64,000 bases of DNA from Minisyncoccota bacterium (GCA_035510575.1 DATKGV010000008.1:4618-68617); one strand, 5' to 3'. Shown: positions 38,255-47,504, counted from the first letter of the stretch. Notes: a model not told the origin generated them from the letters alone. Numbers and translations: made by a program.

Positions 38255-38527
38255 ATGAATAAACAAGCATTAGTAGAACTCGTTCATGAAAAAATCGGCG
38301 GTACGAAAGTGCAGGCTGAAGAGGTTGTGAACGTAATATTTGATTCAATCGTCAGCACTTTGAAGAAAGGCGACGAGGTATCAATTGCAGGTCTTGGCAT
38401 TTTCTCAGTCAAAGCGCGCGCGGCTCGCATGGCTCGCAATCCAAAGACCGGGGAACAAGTCAAGGTTGCTGCAACAAAAGTTCCAAAGTTTAGAGCAGCG
38501 AAAGCTCTCAAAGACGCTGTAAAATAA
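38255..38527 (+). CDS. hup: DNA-binding protein HU
   Basis: 90 aa with the HU arm motif 'GLGIFSVKARAARMARNPKTGEQVKV'. Confidence 0.85.
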   Translation: MNKQALVELVHEKIGGTKVQAEEVVNVIFDSIVSTLKKGDEVSIAGLGIFSVKARAARMARNPKTGEQVKVAATKVPKFRAAKALKDAVK

Positions 38528-38543
38528 TTTAATATTACAGATT

Positions 38544-38579
38544 AAAAAACCGCTCTATTCTATCTATGAGTGGTTTTTT
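38544..38579 (+). terminator. Rho-independent terminator after hup
   Basis: AAAAAACCGCTC...GAGTGGTTTTTT. Confidence 0.5.
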
Positions 38580-38610
38580 AATGCGTGAACATCGCCAGCT
38601 GACGGATTAT

Positions 38611-39333
38611 TTAAAATAATCTAGTAATAAGAAAAATAAACAAAACACCAAGCACAGTCATGCCGACAGTTTTCAATGATGAGTTCTTGCTGTGAGCTTC
38701 AGGTAAAATATCAGAAACGCCTATATAGAGCAAAAATCCGGCAAAAAATCCAAGATACATTAATAGGGTCTTTTCAGATAAGGCGAAAAAAAGCGTTGAG
38801 AGGCCGCCAAATACCGGCGCAATTGCATCTATGAAAAGAAATTGCAGAGCTTTTTTGTCGGTATTTTTATGGCGGATCATTAATGAAACAGTATTCAGGC
38901 CATCGCAGAAATCGTGCGATATGACGGCAATAGCTATAAGAATGCCAGTCGGTCCGGATATTTGGAATCCAAGGCCAATGCCAACTCCATCAATAAATGA
39001 ATGTCCCGCAAGAGCAAGCGCTTGGAACTTCCCTATCGTCGGATGAGTGTGAGGACCATATTCATCTTCATGCGCATGGTGAACAAGCAAGAATTTTTCT
39101 GCGACATGAAAAATAATAAATCCGGAAACAAGTGCAATCATCGGATACGTCGAATTGACTGAAAGCATTCCGGTTAATTTTATGATCTCCGGGAAAATAT
39201 CAAAAGCAATAACGCCGAGTATCACTCCAGCAGTAAGACCCAAGATAAGATGCATTTTGTCCTTATATTTCAAGCCAAAAAGGCCTCCGAGAAAGGTAGA
39301 AACAAATGTAAAAAATATAAATATAAATTGCAT
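38611..39333 (-). CDS. ZIP-family zinc/metal transporter (ZupT-like)
   Basis: 240 aa with eight TM helices and the 'HSFIDGVGIGLGF' and 'HDFCDGLN' ZIP signatures. Confidence 0.75.
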   Translation of the reverse strand: MQFIFIFFTFVSTFLGGLFGLKYKDKMHLILGLTAGVILGVIAFDIFPEIIKLTGMLSVNSTYPMIALVSGFIIFHVAEKFLLVHHAHEDEYGPHTHPTIGKFQALALAGHSFIDGVGIGLGFQISGPTGILIAIAVISHDFCDGLNTVSLMIRHKNTDKKALQFLFIDAIAPVFGGLSTLFFALSEKTLLMYLGFFAGFLLYIGVSDILPEAHSKNSSLKTVGMTVLGVLFIFLITRLF

Positions 39334-39334
39334 G

Positions 39335-39405
39335 TGCGGGACGGGAGAATCGGACTCCCGCCAACAGTTTGGAAAACTGTAGTTCTACCACTAAACTAGT
39401 CCCGC
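39335..39405 (-). tRNA. tRNA-Gly (anticodon UCC)
   Basis: Cloverleaf: acceptor GCGGGAC/GTCCCGC, D-arm with GG, anticodon arm ACAGT-TTTCCAA-ACTGT. Shares D and T arms with the tRNA-Gly(GCC) at 40644-40717. Confidence 0.6.
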
Positions 39406-39467
39406 CTTCGTTTTGCGCAGGCTTGCAGGCCCGCTTTGCAAAGTAATAAAACAATTTCCAGATATTG

Positions 39468-39541
39468 TCGGGGTGCCGGGATTCGAACCCGGAGTCGCCT
39501 GTTCCCAAAACAGGAATGTTAGCCGTTACACCACACCCCGA
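39468..39541 (-). tRNA. tRNA-Pro (anticodon UGG)
   Basis: Acceptor CGGGGTG/CACCCCG with the C1:G72 pair characteristic of bacterial tRNA-Pro. Anticodon loop TTTGGGA. Confidence 0.65.
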
Positions 39542-39550
39542 AAAACTAAT

Positions 39551-39621
39551 TCGGAGTGCCGGGAATCGAACCCGGTTCTCACGAACCCGAATCGCGTATA
39601 CTACCGGTGTACTACACTCCG
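39551..39621 (-). tRNA. tRNA-Pro (anticodon CGG), tentative
   Basis: Acceptor CGGAGTG/CACTCCG (C1:G72), T-arm CCGGG-TTCGATT-CCCGG, anticodon arm CGCGA-TTCGGGT-TCGTG. Confidence 0.5.
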
Positions 39622-39667
39622 ATTGGACTCAATAATATTAGCATATTTTTAATTAAAAACAATTAAA

Positions 39668-40093
39668 TTATAAAATAATATTATCTATTGTTTTCACGCG
39701 GGCTTTTTTTTGTTTGAGATCAAGATACACAAGTAATAGATCAAATTGCCAAGGAGTGTTCCCTATTCTTTTATGAATTAAATATGTTTGAATTGTCCGT
39801 GAAAGCCGTTTCATTTTCCAAGGATGCATATTTTCTTCAGGCCTTGATATGAACGGATTGGTTTCTCGTGTAACATCGCATGCCTGCCCGCCAACATTTA
39901 CTAATGGGCGGGAAACGGACTTAACTTCTATAAAATATATTTTACCCTCTTTCTCCGAAATAATATCAATCTCACCCCATTTTTTAGTATAATTTCTTTC
40001 TAACACAGAAAAACCTTTACTAATAAGATGTTTACAAGCTATATCTTCTCCCAATTGCCCTATTTTTTGAGAATTTGAAGTAAATTTTTTCAT
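39668..40093 (-). CDS. yraN: YraN-family (UPF0102) endonuclease
   Basis: 'GEDIACKHLISKGFSVLERNY...GEIDIISEKEGKIYFIEVKSVSRP' matches the YraN/Holliday-junction-resolvase-like fold. Confidence 0.6.
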   Translation of the reverse strand: MKKFTSNSQKIGQLGEDIACKHLISKGFSVLERNYTKKWGEIDIISEKEGKIYFIEVKSVSRPLVNVGGQACDVTRETNPFISRPEENMHPWKMKRLSRTIQTYLIHKRIGNTPWQFDLLLVYLDLKQKKARVKTIDNIIL

Positions 40094-40396
40094 ATATGTT
40101 TCACATGAAACGTTATATATATATATAAAAGACAATGGATTGTCCTTTATATATAATATCCTTATTATATCAACTTATTTCTGTAAAATAGCAATTTTAA
40201 CTTTCAAAAATCTTTTAATTATTGGTGTCTTTTATAAACAATGCACACATAGTTATCCACATAAATCTTAATTTTAAAGGTTTTTTAATGTGTATAAAGG
40301 ACTAATAAAGGTCAAAAAGAAATTTGTGTGGTCACAAGTATTTTTCTACTAAAAAATCTCGCGACCCCGCCTCGGTTCGTCAACCTCCGGCTTGCA

Positions 40397-40440
40397 CAAA
40401 TTATTAAATTAAATACTTTTAATTTAATAATTTGTGCACC
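40397..40440. repeat. perfect AT-rich 20-bp-stem palindrome GCACAAATTATTAAATTAAA...TTTAATTTAATAATTTGTGC directly 3' of tRNA-Arg
   Basis: Generates the mirrored spurious ORFs 40312-40497(-) and 40328-40510(+). Probable terminator or processing hairpin. Confidence 0.55.
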
Positions 40441-40506
40441 TACCAGGACTCGAACCTGGAACATCTGCTTCGAAGGCAGGTATGATATCCATTTCACTAT
40501 AGGTGC
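40434..40506 (-). tRNA. tRNA-Arg (anticodon UCG), tentative
   Basis: Acceptor GCACCTA/TAGGTGC, T-arm CCAGG-TTCGAGT-CCTGG, anticodon loop CTTCGAA with U33. Confidence 0.5.
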
Positions 40507-40643
40507 ATAAAACTATAAATCATTATACATAAATAATCATTATTTACAAAATATGTTTACAGATTAAGGTTAAAAATAAATTGCATTTAATCATTAAAAA
40601 TATTATAATCCAACTCAGGTTGTAATTTTATTAATAAAAATAT

Positions 40644-40717
40644 GCGGAATTGGTTTAGTGGTAGAACACGTCCTTGCCAAGGATGAGACAGGAGTCCGAT
40701 TCTCCTATTCCGCACCA
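40644..40717 (+). tRNA. tRNA-Gly (anticodon GCC) with encoded CCA
   Basis: Acceptor GCGGAAT/ATTCCGC, anticodon arm CGTCC-TTGCCAA-GGATG, 3' CCA present. Confidence 0.65.
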
Positions 40718-40724
40718 AATTTTT

Positions 40725-42446
40725 ATGGCTGATAAGCCAATCATAAACAATTCAAAAATACCATCTTATGTTACACATGTAACAGAAACACTCAAAAATG
40801 CTGGTTTTGAGAGTTTTCTTGTGGGTGGCTGCGTTCGTGATCTTATACTTAATAAGGAACCAAAGGACTGGGATATTACAACAAATGCTAAACCTGAAGA
40901 AATAATAGCTTTATTTGAGAAAACCGTATATGAAAATACTTTTGGAACAGTGGGGGTGTTTATTCTTGATGTTTCGCATGAAACAAAGGAAGATGTTACA
41001 CGTGTAACTAATAATGATGTTAATCCCGCCGACGGATTACCTGTGGCGGGCAGGCATGAAACAGATAGGGATGTTACACGGGAAACACCTCAATATAATA
41101 TAGTTGAAGTTACACCATATAGGATTGAAGCAAAATATAGCGATTTTAGGCACCCAGATAAAGTTAAATTCAGTGAAAACGTTGAAGATGACTTAAAAAG
41201 ACGTGATTTTACTATAAATGCTATGGCATATGATTCTGATAAAGGACATTTAATGGACTTATTTGATGGGATAAAGGACATAAAGGACAAAGTGATAAGA
41301 GCGGTAGGGAAGCCGAGCGATAGATTTAATGAAGATGCATTGCGAATGCTTCGAGCTATCAGGTTTTCCACACAATTAAATTTTGTAATTGAATATGACA
41401 CGATGCAAGCAATTGTGGATAACTCTCATTTGTTAAAAAATATTTCTGAAGAAAGAATTCGTGATGAATTTATAAAAATTATTGAATCAAAAAATTCTGC
41501 AATGGGAATTGGAATGTTATCAAAATTAGGATTACTAAAATATATTATTCCAGAACTTGAAGAGGGAATTGGCTGTGTTCAAGGAGGAGCTCATACTCTT
41601 GATGTGTTTGAACATTTATTAAAAGCGCTTGAATATGCTTCAGATAAAAATTTCTCAATTGAAATTAGATTGGCTGCATTATTTCATGATATTGGAAAGC
41701 CAAGATCAAGGAGAAATAATGCAGGATTTATAGAACCAGAAACCAATTTATCAGGTCCTCGGATCTCCTCGCTTATAGCTCGGCCAGACCATGCTAAATT
41801 AGTTTCTGGTTCAAAAAATTTAAAGAAAAAATACACATTCTATGGCCATGAAGTTGTTGGTGCAAAAATGACACAAAAAATTTTGGATCGATTAAAATTT
41901 CCAAAAAAGATTTCTGATTTAGTTGTGTCGATGATTCGCAATCACATGTTCTTCTCTGATACAGAACAGATTACACTTTCTGCAGTGCGTCGTATTGTGC
42001 AAAAAGTTGGACCCTCCGACGCTAAAGCTTTGGCGGGCAGGAAAGAAAATTATCCAATTTGGGATTTAATGAAAGTTAGAGAGTGTGATAGAGCTGGAAT
42101 GAAGAAAAGTGAATCACCTTATCGCTTGCGAAAATATTACGCCATGATTGAAGAAGTACTACACGATCCGATTTCTGTCGGCCAACTTGCTATTGATGGG
42201 GAAGTATTAATAGGTGAGTTACACATGAAACCATCGCCTCGTATGGGCTGGATTTTACATGCCTTACTTGAAGAAGTCCTTGATGATCCAACAAAAAATG
42301 ATAAAGGACATCTAATGGACATTGCTAAATCATTAGATTTATTGGGGGATAATGAATTAAAAGCATTAGGTGAAAGAGGGAAGGAAGAAAAAGAAAAGTT
42401 AGAACAAGAAGAAATTAAAAGGTTACATGAGAAACATGGAGTATAA
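40725..42446 (+). CDS. cca: CCA-adding tRNA nucleotidyltransferase (poly(A) polymerase family head with HD domain)
   Basis: Pol-beta nucleotidyltransferase motif 'GGCVRDLILNKEPKDWDITT' and HD motif 'HDIGKP'. The ORF track start inside the tRNA is spurious, so the start is taken at 'MADKPII'. Contains a tandemly duplicated insertion (see findings). Confidence 0.75.
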   Translation: MADKPIINNSKIPSYVTHVTETLKNAGFESFLVGGCVRDLILNKEPKDWDITTNAKPEEIIALFEKTVYENTFGTVGVFILDVSHETKEDVTRVTNNDVNPADGLPVAGRHETDRDVTRETPQYNIVEVTPYRIEAKYSDFRHPDKVKFSENVEDDLKRRDFTINAMAYDSDKGHLMDLFDGIKDIKDKVIRAVGKPSDRFNEDALRMLRAIRFSTQLNFVIEYDTMQAIVDNSHLLKNISEERIRDEFIKIIESKNSAMGIGMLSKLGLLKYIIPELEEGIGCVQGGAHTLDVFEHLLKALEYASDKNFSIEIRLAALFHDIGKPRSRRNNAGFIEPETNLSGPRISSLIARPDHAKLVSGSKNLKKKYTFYGHEVVGAKMTQKILDRLKFPKKISDLVVSMIRNHMFFSDTEQITLSAVRRIVQKVGPSDAKALAGRKENYPIWDLMKVRECDRAGMKKSESPYRLRKYYAMIEEVLHDPISVGQLAIDGEVLIGELHMKPSPRMGWILHALLEEVLDDPTKNDKGHLMDIAKSLDLLGDNELKALGERGKEEKEKLEQEEIKRLHEKHGV

Positions 42447-42450
42447 GAAA

Positions 42451-42477
42451 AATAACCGACATAATCGGTTATTTTTT
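42451..42477. terminator. bidirectional Rho-independent terminator AATAACCGACATAATCGGTTATTTTTT
   Basis: 8-bp stem flanked by A/T runs between convergent cca and the 42476-43420 gene. Confidence 0.55.
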
Positions 42478-43420
42478 ATTTTTCAGGATTATTATAGTCC
42501 CAACCATGATGTTTATAATTTTCTTTTTTATCTTTATTTTTTGGTGTCTTAGGATTATGAAAAATGCCTCTTTCCATTGATTTTGTTATAGGATTATACG
42601 TAAATGACTTTAACCCTTCTATGTTTGGTAAAGATGCTTCTGATGTAGGAGTTATAGTTATTCCCCCATTTTCAACATTTCCTTTTTCTATTACATCTCC
42701 TATTAGTTCACTGTGTTGGTCTAATGGCTTTCCTATTGAAGCTTCTAGTGCGGACTGTTTTGCAAATAAATGCCTACCTTCTGGTTGATCAAGCAATGAA
42801 CGCTTTACCATTCCCTTGTAAGGTTCTCCTTTTTGCCACCATGTGCTATCCTTGCCAGATTTATCATTCTTTCTTATTTTTCCCATATCATTATGAATAA
42901 TCCAATTATCTAAATTATCTTCAGTTTCATTAAATTTATAAAATTGATCATTATTTATTGGCGTACTAGCATCTGAAACATTATATTTTTTTTGATATTT
43001 TAATTTTCTTTTAGAAGGATAAAGTTCATCAGGACGGGGCATAAAATCATAAGTGCTGTCTACAAGATCAAAACCCCCTTTAAATTTTCTAATATGATAC
43101 ATTCGGCCATCTTTTTGTAGATATTGTGAACCATAAACGTCAATTATCTTGGCTCCTTCAGGTAAAGAAGGAGTAAATCCTGAATAAGATTCATTAGGTG
43201 CAATTAGTTCTTCTTCTAATATACGATTAGCAGATAGATTATCTGCTAAAGTTTTATCCATTTTACTATTATCTAGTAATTTAGATAATAGTGTGGCTTT
43301 AAAATTAGGTGTATTTTTTATTAGTGTTCTAATTTTAGCCAAATTTGAAACTTTAGATTCCTTATCTAAAATAGATTCTTTTTTGGGGTCTTCCTTTTTT
43401 ATTAGATTAAAATTTTCCAT
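42476..43420 (-). CDS. Lys-rich hypothetical protein
   Basis: 314 aa. No recognisable motif. Confidence 0.4.
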   Translation of the reverse strand: MENFNLIKKEDPKKESILDKESKVSNLAKIRTLIKNTPNFKATLLSKLLDNSKMDKTLADNLSANRILEEELIAPNESYSGFTPSLPEGAKIIDVYGSQYLQKDGRMYHIRKFKGGFDLVDSTYDFMPRPDELYPSKRKLKYQKKYNVSDASTPINNDQFYKFNETEDNLDNWIIHNDMGKIRKNDKSGKDSTWWQKGEPYKGMVKRSLLDQPEGRHLFAKQSALEASIGKPLDQHSELIGDVIEKGNVENGGITITPTSEASLPNIEGLKSFTYNPITKSMERGIFHNPKTPKNKDKKENYKHHGWDYNNPEK

Positions 43421-43443
43421 AGATTAATTTTACTACAAAAAAA

Positions 43444-44211
43444 CTAAAACTCAATCATTATTGGACAGTGATCGGAACCATAGTAATCAGATAGAGTTTT
43501 AAAATCTTTTATTTTTTTCATGAAATTTTTATCTACAAAAAAGTAATCTATGCGCCAGCCGACATTTCGGTCGCGTGCGCGAGTTATCTGATCCCAATAA
43601 GTATAAACATCTTTTTTATTTGGGTTAAGAGTACGGAAAGTATCCACAAATCCATTGTCTATAACTTTATCTATCCATTCTCGTTCCATCGGTAAGAACC
43701 CAGTTGAATCCTCATTATCTTTTGGACGAGCAAGATCAATAGCGGTGTGTGCTGTATTTACATCTCCAGTGAAAATCACATTATATCCGGCCTTCTTTTT
43801 CCTATTTATAAATTTTAAAAATGCATCATAAAACTCCATTTTATATTTTAATCGTACAGGTCCACCACCACCATTAGGGAAGTAGCAATTGATTAAAATA
43901 AAATTTTTATAATAAGAAATAACCGTGCGACCTTCATCATCAAATTCTTCTATGCCAATTCCATATTCAACTTTCTCTGGTTTTACTTTTGAATAGATAG
44001 CTACTCCACTGTAACCTTTTCTTTTTTTAGAAAATGAGAAATAAGAATTGTAACCAAAATAATTTCGGATTTCATTTGGCAATTGCTCTGGCTCACATTT
44101 TGTTTCTTGAAAGCAAACAATATCGGGTTTGTATTTCGAAAATAGGGGATAAAAATGGCCTTGATTGGCTGTAGCTCTTAACCCATTTGTGTTCCATGAA
44201 ATTATTTTCAT
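43444..44211 (-). CDS. xth: exodeoxyribonuclease III (EEP family AP endonuclease)
   Basis: Starts 'MKIISWNTNGLR' with 'FQETK' and a C-terminal 'GSDHCP' catalytic His. The ORF track N-terminal extension to 44277 is translation of a GC-rich repeat element. Confidence 0.8.
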   Translation of the reverse strand: MKIISWNTNGLRATANQGHFYPLFSKYKPDIVCFQETKCEPEQLPNEIRNYFGYNSYFSFSKKRKGYSGVAIYSKVKPEKVEYGIGIEEFDDEGRTVISYYKNFILINCYFPNGGGGPVRLKYKMEFYDAFLKFINRKKKAGYNVIFTGDVNTAHTAIDLARPKDNEDSTGFLPMEREWIDKVIDNGFVDTFRTLNPNKKDVYTYWDQITRARDRNVGWRIDYFFVDKNFMKKIKDFKTLSDYYGSDHCPIMIEF

Positions 44212-44230
44212 GATAGAAGTATAGCATTTG

Positions 44231-44324
44231 CCTCGCCCCCTGCTAAGGGGGAGATGCCGGAGGCAGAGGGGGTGCATTAATTAATTCACCCCTCCTCAAT
44301 CCTCCCCTTGTTAAGGGGAGGAGG
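44231..44324. repeat. GC-rich two-hairpin dispersed repeat element, copy B
   Basis: CCTCGCCCCCTGCTAAGGGGGAGATGCCGGAGGCAGAGGGGGTGCATTAATTAATTCACCCCTCCTCAATCCTCCCCTTGTTAAGGGGAGGAGG. Near-identical to 61463-61549. Confidence 0.8.
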
Positions 44325-44334
44325 AACTCAAAAA

Positions 44335-45384
44335 CTATTTACTGTGAAATTTCTTATGAACATCGCGAAGCTGTTTGTCTGTTATATGAGTATATATCTG
44401 AGTCGTGGCAATATTCGCATGGCCTAACATCATTTGAACTGAACGAATATCTGCTCCATTTGAAAGCAAGTCAGTGGCAAATGAGTGGCGAATAATGTGA
44501 GGAGTAACTTTCTTTGAAATTCCGGCCTTTATCGCATAAAACTTTACGATACGCTCTATAGAACGAGGTGCGAGCCTGTTTCCCACCGAAGCAAGGCTTA
44601 GGTTTTTACCTAAGCCTTGCTTCGGTGAATTATGCGAATACTGAACAAAAAGTGGCTGATCCATATCTTTTCTAGATTTTAAGTAATTACGAATGGCATC
44701 TTTGGCACTATCAGACAGGAATACAACGCGAACTTTCTCTCCTTTACCGCGAATAGAAAATTCATCTTTTGATAAATCAATATCTCGATCAAGAGAACAT
44801 AATTCAGACAGACGCAATCCAGTTGAGAAAAATAATTCAAGAATGGCTTTATCACGCAGAATTCTTATTGTTTTGCTGGCAATGGAATTTTGAAGTCCTC
44901 GGATCTCCTCGCTATTACTTTCTTTGTTTTTTGAAATAGCTCGGCCAGACTTCAAAATTCCATTGCCAGCTTCACTCATATTGGGAGCATTAAGAAGTCT
45001 TGTTAATTCTTCAGCAGAGATTAAATCAAGCGAGCGCTCTTTTATCTTTGCCAGTTCTATCCTATCCGGCGAGAGGGAAGTTATGCCGCGCTTCATCAGA
45101 TATTTAAGAAACGAACGAAGCGCAATAAGATGATAATTTTGAGTGTTTTTCTTCAAAGTGCCGGCATGTTGCCCGCGAATTTTAACTCCGGGTTGGCGAT
45201 TCAAATATAATCTAAACTCCCGTATTTTGTCGTCAGTTATTCCATTTGGTTCGGAAATCTTGGCAAAGGCAAAAAATCTGGAAAGATAATAGTCATAATT
45301 ATTTACTGTCTTTAAGCTGTTGCCTTTCTCGATTTCCACATGTTCGAGAAATTCTCTTTTTAATTGTTCAATACGTGCTGCCAT
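44335..45384 (-). CDS. tyrosine site-specific recombinase XerC/XerD-like (with two in-frame palindromic insertions)
   Basis: C-terminal catalytic region 'HIIRHSFATDLLSNGADIRSVQMMLGHANIATTQIYTH'. The start is taken at the internal 'MAARIEQLKREF', typical of Xer N-termini. Confidence 0.7.
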   Translation of the reverse strand: MAARIEQLKREFLEHVEIEKGNSLKTVNNYDYYLSRFFAFAKISEPNGITDDKIREFRLYLNRQPGVKIRGQHAGTLKKNTQNYHLIALRSFLKYLMKRGITSLSPDRIELAKIKERSLDLISAEELTRLLNAPNMSEAGNGILKSGRAISKNKESNSEEIRGLQNSIASKTIRILRDKAILELFFSTGLRLSELCSLDRDIDLSKDEFSIRGKGEKVRVVFLSDSAKDAIRNYLKSRKDMDQPLFVQYSHNSPKQGLGKNLSLASVGNRLAPRSIERIVKFYAIKAGISKKVTPHIIRHSFATDLLSNGADIRSVQMMLGHANIATTQIYTHITDKQLRDVHKKFHSK

Positions 45385-45492
45385 GATAGAAAAACATGTA
45401 ATGCCTGCCCGACCTTTGGAGGGTCGTAAAACAATTATAGCATAAAATAAAACATTGCATTTTCTACTAAAATGTGCTAACATTGAGGTGTA

Positions 45493-45753
45493 ATGTTAAC
45501 AACAAAGAAAAAGCAGAATATCATAAAAAAGAGCCGACTTCATGATAAAGACACGGGCAGTCCTGAGGTGCAGATTGCGATTCTTAGCAAAAGAATTGAC
45601 GAATTGGCTGAACATTTGAAAGGACACAAGAAGGACAACAGCTCCCGCAGAGGATTGATCAAAATGGTTGCTGACAGAAGGGGCCATTTGAAGAATCTTG
45701 AAAAGACCGACAAAGCAAGGCACGCAAATCAAATTAAGAAATTAAAAGAATAA
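45493..45753 (+). CDS. rpsO: 30S ribosomal protein S15
   Basis: 'DTGSPEVQIAILSKRIDELAEHLKGHKKDNSSRRGL' is the S15 signature. Confidence 0.85.
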   Translation: MLTTKKKQNIIKKSRLHDKDTGSPEVQIAILSKRIDELAEHLKGHKKDNSSRRGLIKMVADRRGHLKNLEKTDKARHANQIKKLKE

Positions 45754-45804
45754 ATAAGATGTCTCGGCCTTGGTCGGGGCATTTTATTTTGATATAATGC
45801 AAGC

Positions 45805-46302
45805 ATGATCATAAAACATAAAGAACAAAGGGTAGGAGTTTTCATAGACACTTCCAATATATATCACAGCGCAAAAAATTTATATAAAAGGAAAGTCAAT
45901 TTCGGGGCGGTTTTGAAAGACGCTCTTGCCGGAAGAAAGCTGGTGCGAGCGATAGCCTATGTCATAACCAGCGAGGGGGGCGAAGAAAAAAAATTCTTTG
46001 AGGCGCTGGTCAAGCTCGGCATTGAAACAAAAACAAAAGATCTTCAAGTTTTTGCCGGCGGAGCAAAAAAGGGCGATTGGGATGTGGGCATTACCGTCGA
46101 TGCCATTACTATGTCGTCCCGAATTGACGCGGCAATTCTTATAACCGGCGACGGCGATTTCGTCCCTCTTGTCGAATATTTGAAAAATACAACGCAAGTA
46201 GAGGTGATTTCATTCGGAAAATCAACTTCAATGAGATTAAAGGAGGCAGCCGATGATTTCCTTGATCTGTCAGAAAATCCCAGAAAATATTTGATATATT
46301 AA
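45805..46302 (+). CDS. NYN-domain (LabA/DUF88-like) putative RNase
   Basis: 165 aa. 'VGVFIDTSNIY' N-terminal PIN-like strand, a conserved 'ITGDGDF' motif and acidic residues consistent with NYN nucleases. Confidence 0.5.
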   Translation: MIIKHKEQRVGVFIDTSNIYHSAKNLYKRKVNFGAVLKDALAGRKLVRAIAYVITSEGGEEKKFFEALVKLGIETKTKDLQVFAGGAKKGDWDVGITVDAITMSSRIDAAILITGDGDFVPLVEYLKNTTQVEVISFGKSTSMRLKEAADDFLDLSENPRKYLIY

Positions 46303-46367
46303 ATTATTAATATCAATAAAAAAATAAGCCATCCTAAATAGGTGGCTCATTCATTGTTTCTTATTAA

Positions 46368-47081
46368 TCAATCTTCATCGTCATATTGATTAATTTGGTT
46401 TTTAACACCAATAGTAGAAACTTCTATTAGGTATTGAAGATGATTAATGTATAAAGTTATTCTGTTGCCGGGATTTAACTCAACAATTTTGTAGAAATTA
46501 TCACTGTTATTATAAACCACTGATCTAAAGTTTTTATATTCAACATTAGATTTATTCGTTTTGACAATTTCACCTTCTATTCTAAGAAAGTTGTGCTTTC
46601 CCTTATACAACATATTACAAGAATATCCAACACATTCTTGCAATAGTGTTCTCATATCTATGAGAGATCTCAAATAATTTGAGTAACATGATGATATTAT
46701 AAAAGGATTAATGCAATCCAATTCTGGATGCATCGGTATTATTCCTAATATATTATCAAATCTTACAACCAAATCTATTGGTTCTTCATAAATAGAAGAG
46801 GATAGGTCTTGGCAAGTGTAAAAATGAAAACTATTTTCTCCCATAGAACCTACTATTCCCGTGATATGTTTCCAGGAAAATAAACCGTCCTCTTTTATAC
46901 GAGTCACAGGCAATTTTATTTGTCTGCCTTTATTCCTATTTATATAATCTTTGAGCAAGATTAGATTATTCAAATAATCTTTGCTAAAAGATATAAGTTG
47001 TTCCGGTTCCAGATTAGTATAACCATCAAACTTAATAGTTTTTGGCGTTATTCTTTGGGGTGTTAATAATAAATCTTTCAT
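46368..47081 (-). CDS. hypothetical protein
   Basis: 237 aa. No recognisable motif. Confidence 0.4.
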   Translation of the reverse strand: MKDLLLTPQRITPKTIKFDGYTNLEPEQLISFSKDYLNNLILLKDYINRNKGRQIKLPVTRIKEDGLFSWKHITGIVGSMGENSFHFYTCQDLSSSIYEEPIDLVVRFDNILGIIPMHPELDCINPFIISSCYSNYLRSLIDMRTLLQECVGYSCNMLYKGKHNFLRIEGEIVKTNKSNVEYKNFRSVVYNNSDNFYKIVELNPGNRITLYINHLQYLIEVSTIGVKNQINQYDDED

Positions 47082-47195
47082 AGTACAATTTTTTAAGTTT
47101 TCTTTACTTTATAGAAAATAAAAACTATTGTCAATAAACTTGACAATATATAATTTTTATGATAATATGTCAAAAAACATTTAAAAAATACGGTT

Positions 47196-47504
47196 ATGAA
47201 AAAACACTTGGTATTTCTAATAACGGGAATTCTTGCTATTAAAATTTCTGCGGGAATTTGTTTATTTATGTTTTTAAAATTAAAAACTATAAATAATTAT
47301 TCTGGGATTTTCATATCTTTTATATTTTTTGTACTCGGATTAATCTTGTTTGGATATTACGTAAAATTCAGGAACGAGTATAAAATTTTAAAGAATATTG
47401 AAGAAAAAGAAATTTATCCTTTTTTAAAAGAAAAAGAAATAGGAGAGTTTAGGAATAGTGTGAAAAAAGTTGGCGAAGAATTTAAAAAGAGAAAAAAGGA
47501 ATGA
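47196..47504 (+). CDS. small two-TM membrane protein
   Basis: 102 aa with two hydrophobic helices and a Lys/Glu-rich tail. Confidence 0.4.
   Translation: MKKHLVFLITGILAIKISAGICLFMFLKLKTINNYSGIFISFIFFVLGLILFGYYVKFRNEYKILKNIEEKEIYPFLKEKEIGEFRNSVKKVGEEFKKRKKE

Noticed and set aside
40312-40510. ORFs 40312-40497(-) and 40328-40510(+) (61 and 60 aa)
   Set aside because: They are mirror-image translations of a perfect palindrome overlapping tRNA-Arg. They are not genes.
44212-44277. N-terminal 22-aa extension of the xth ORF (MHPLCLRHLPLSRGRGKCYTSI)
   Set aside because: It is a translation of the GC-rich repeat element. The conserved Xth N-terminus begins at the internal Met (MKIISWNTNGL).
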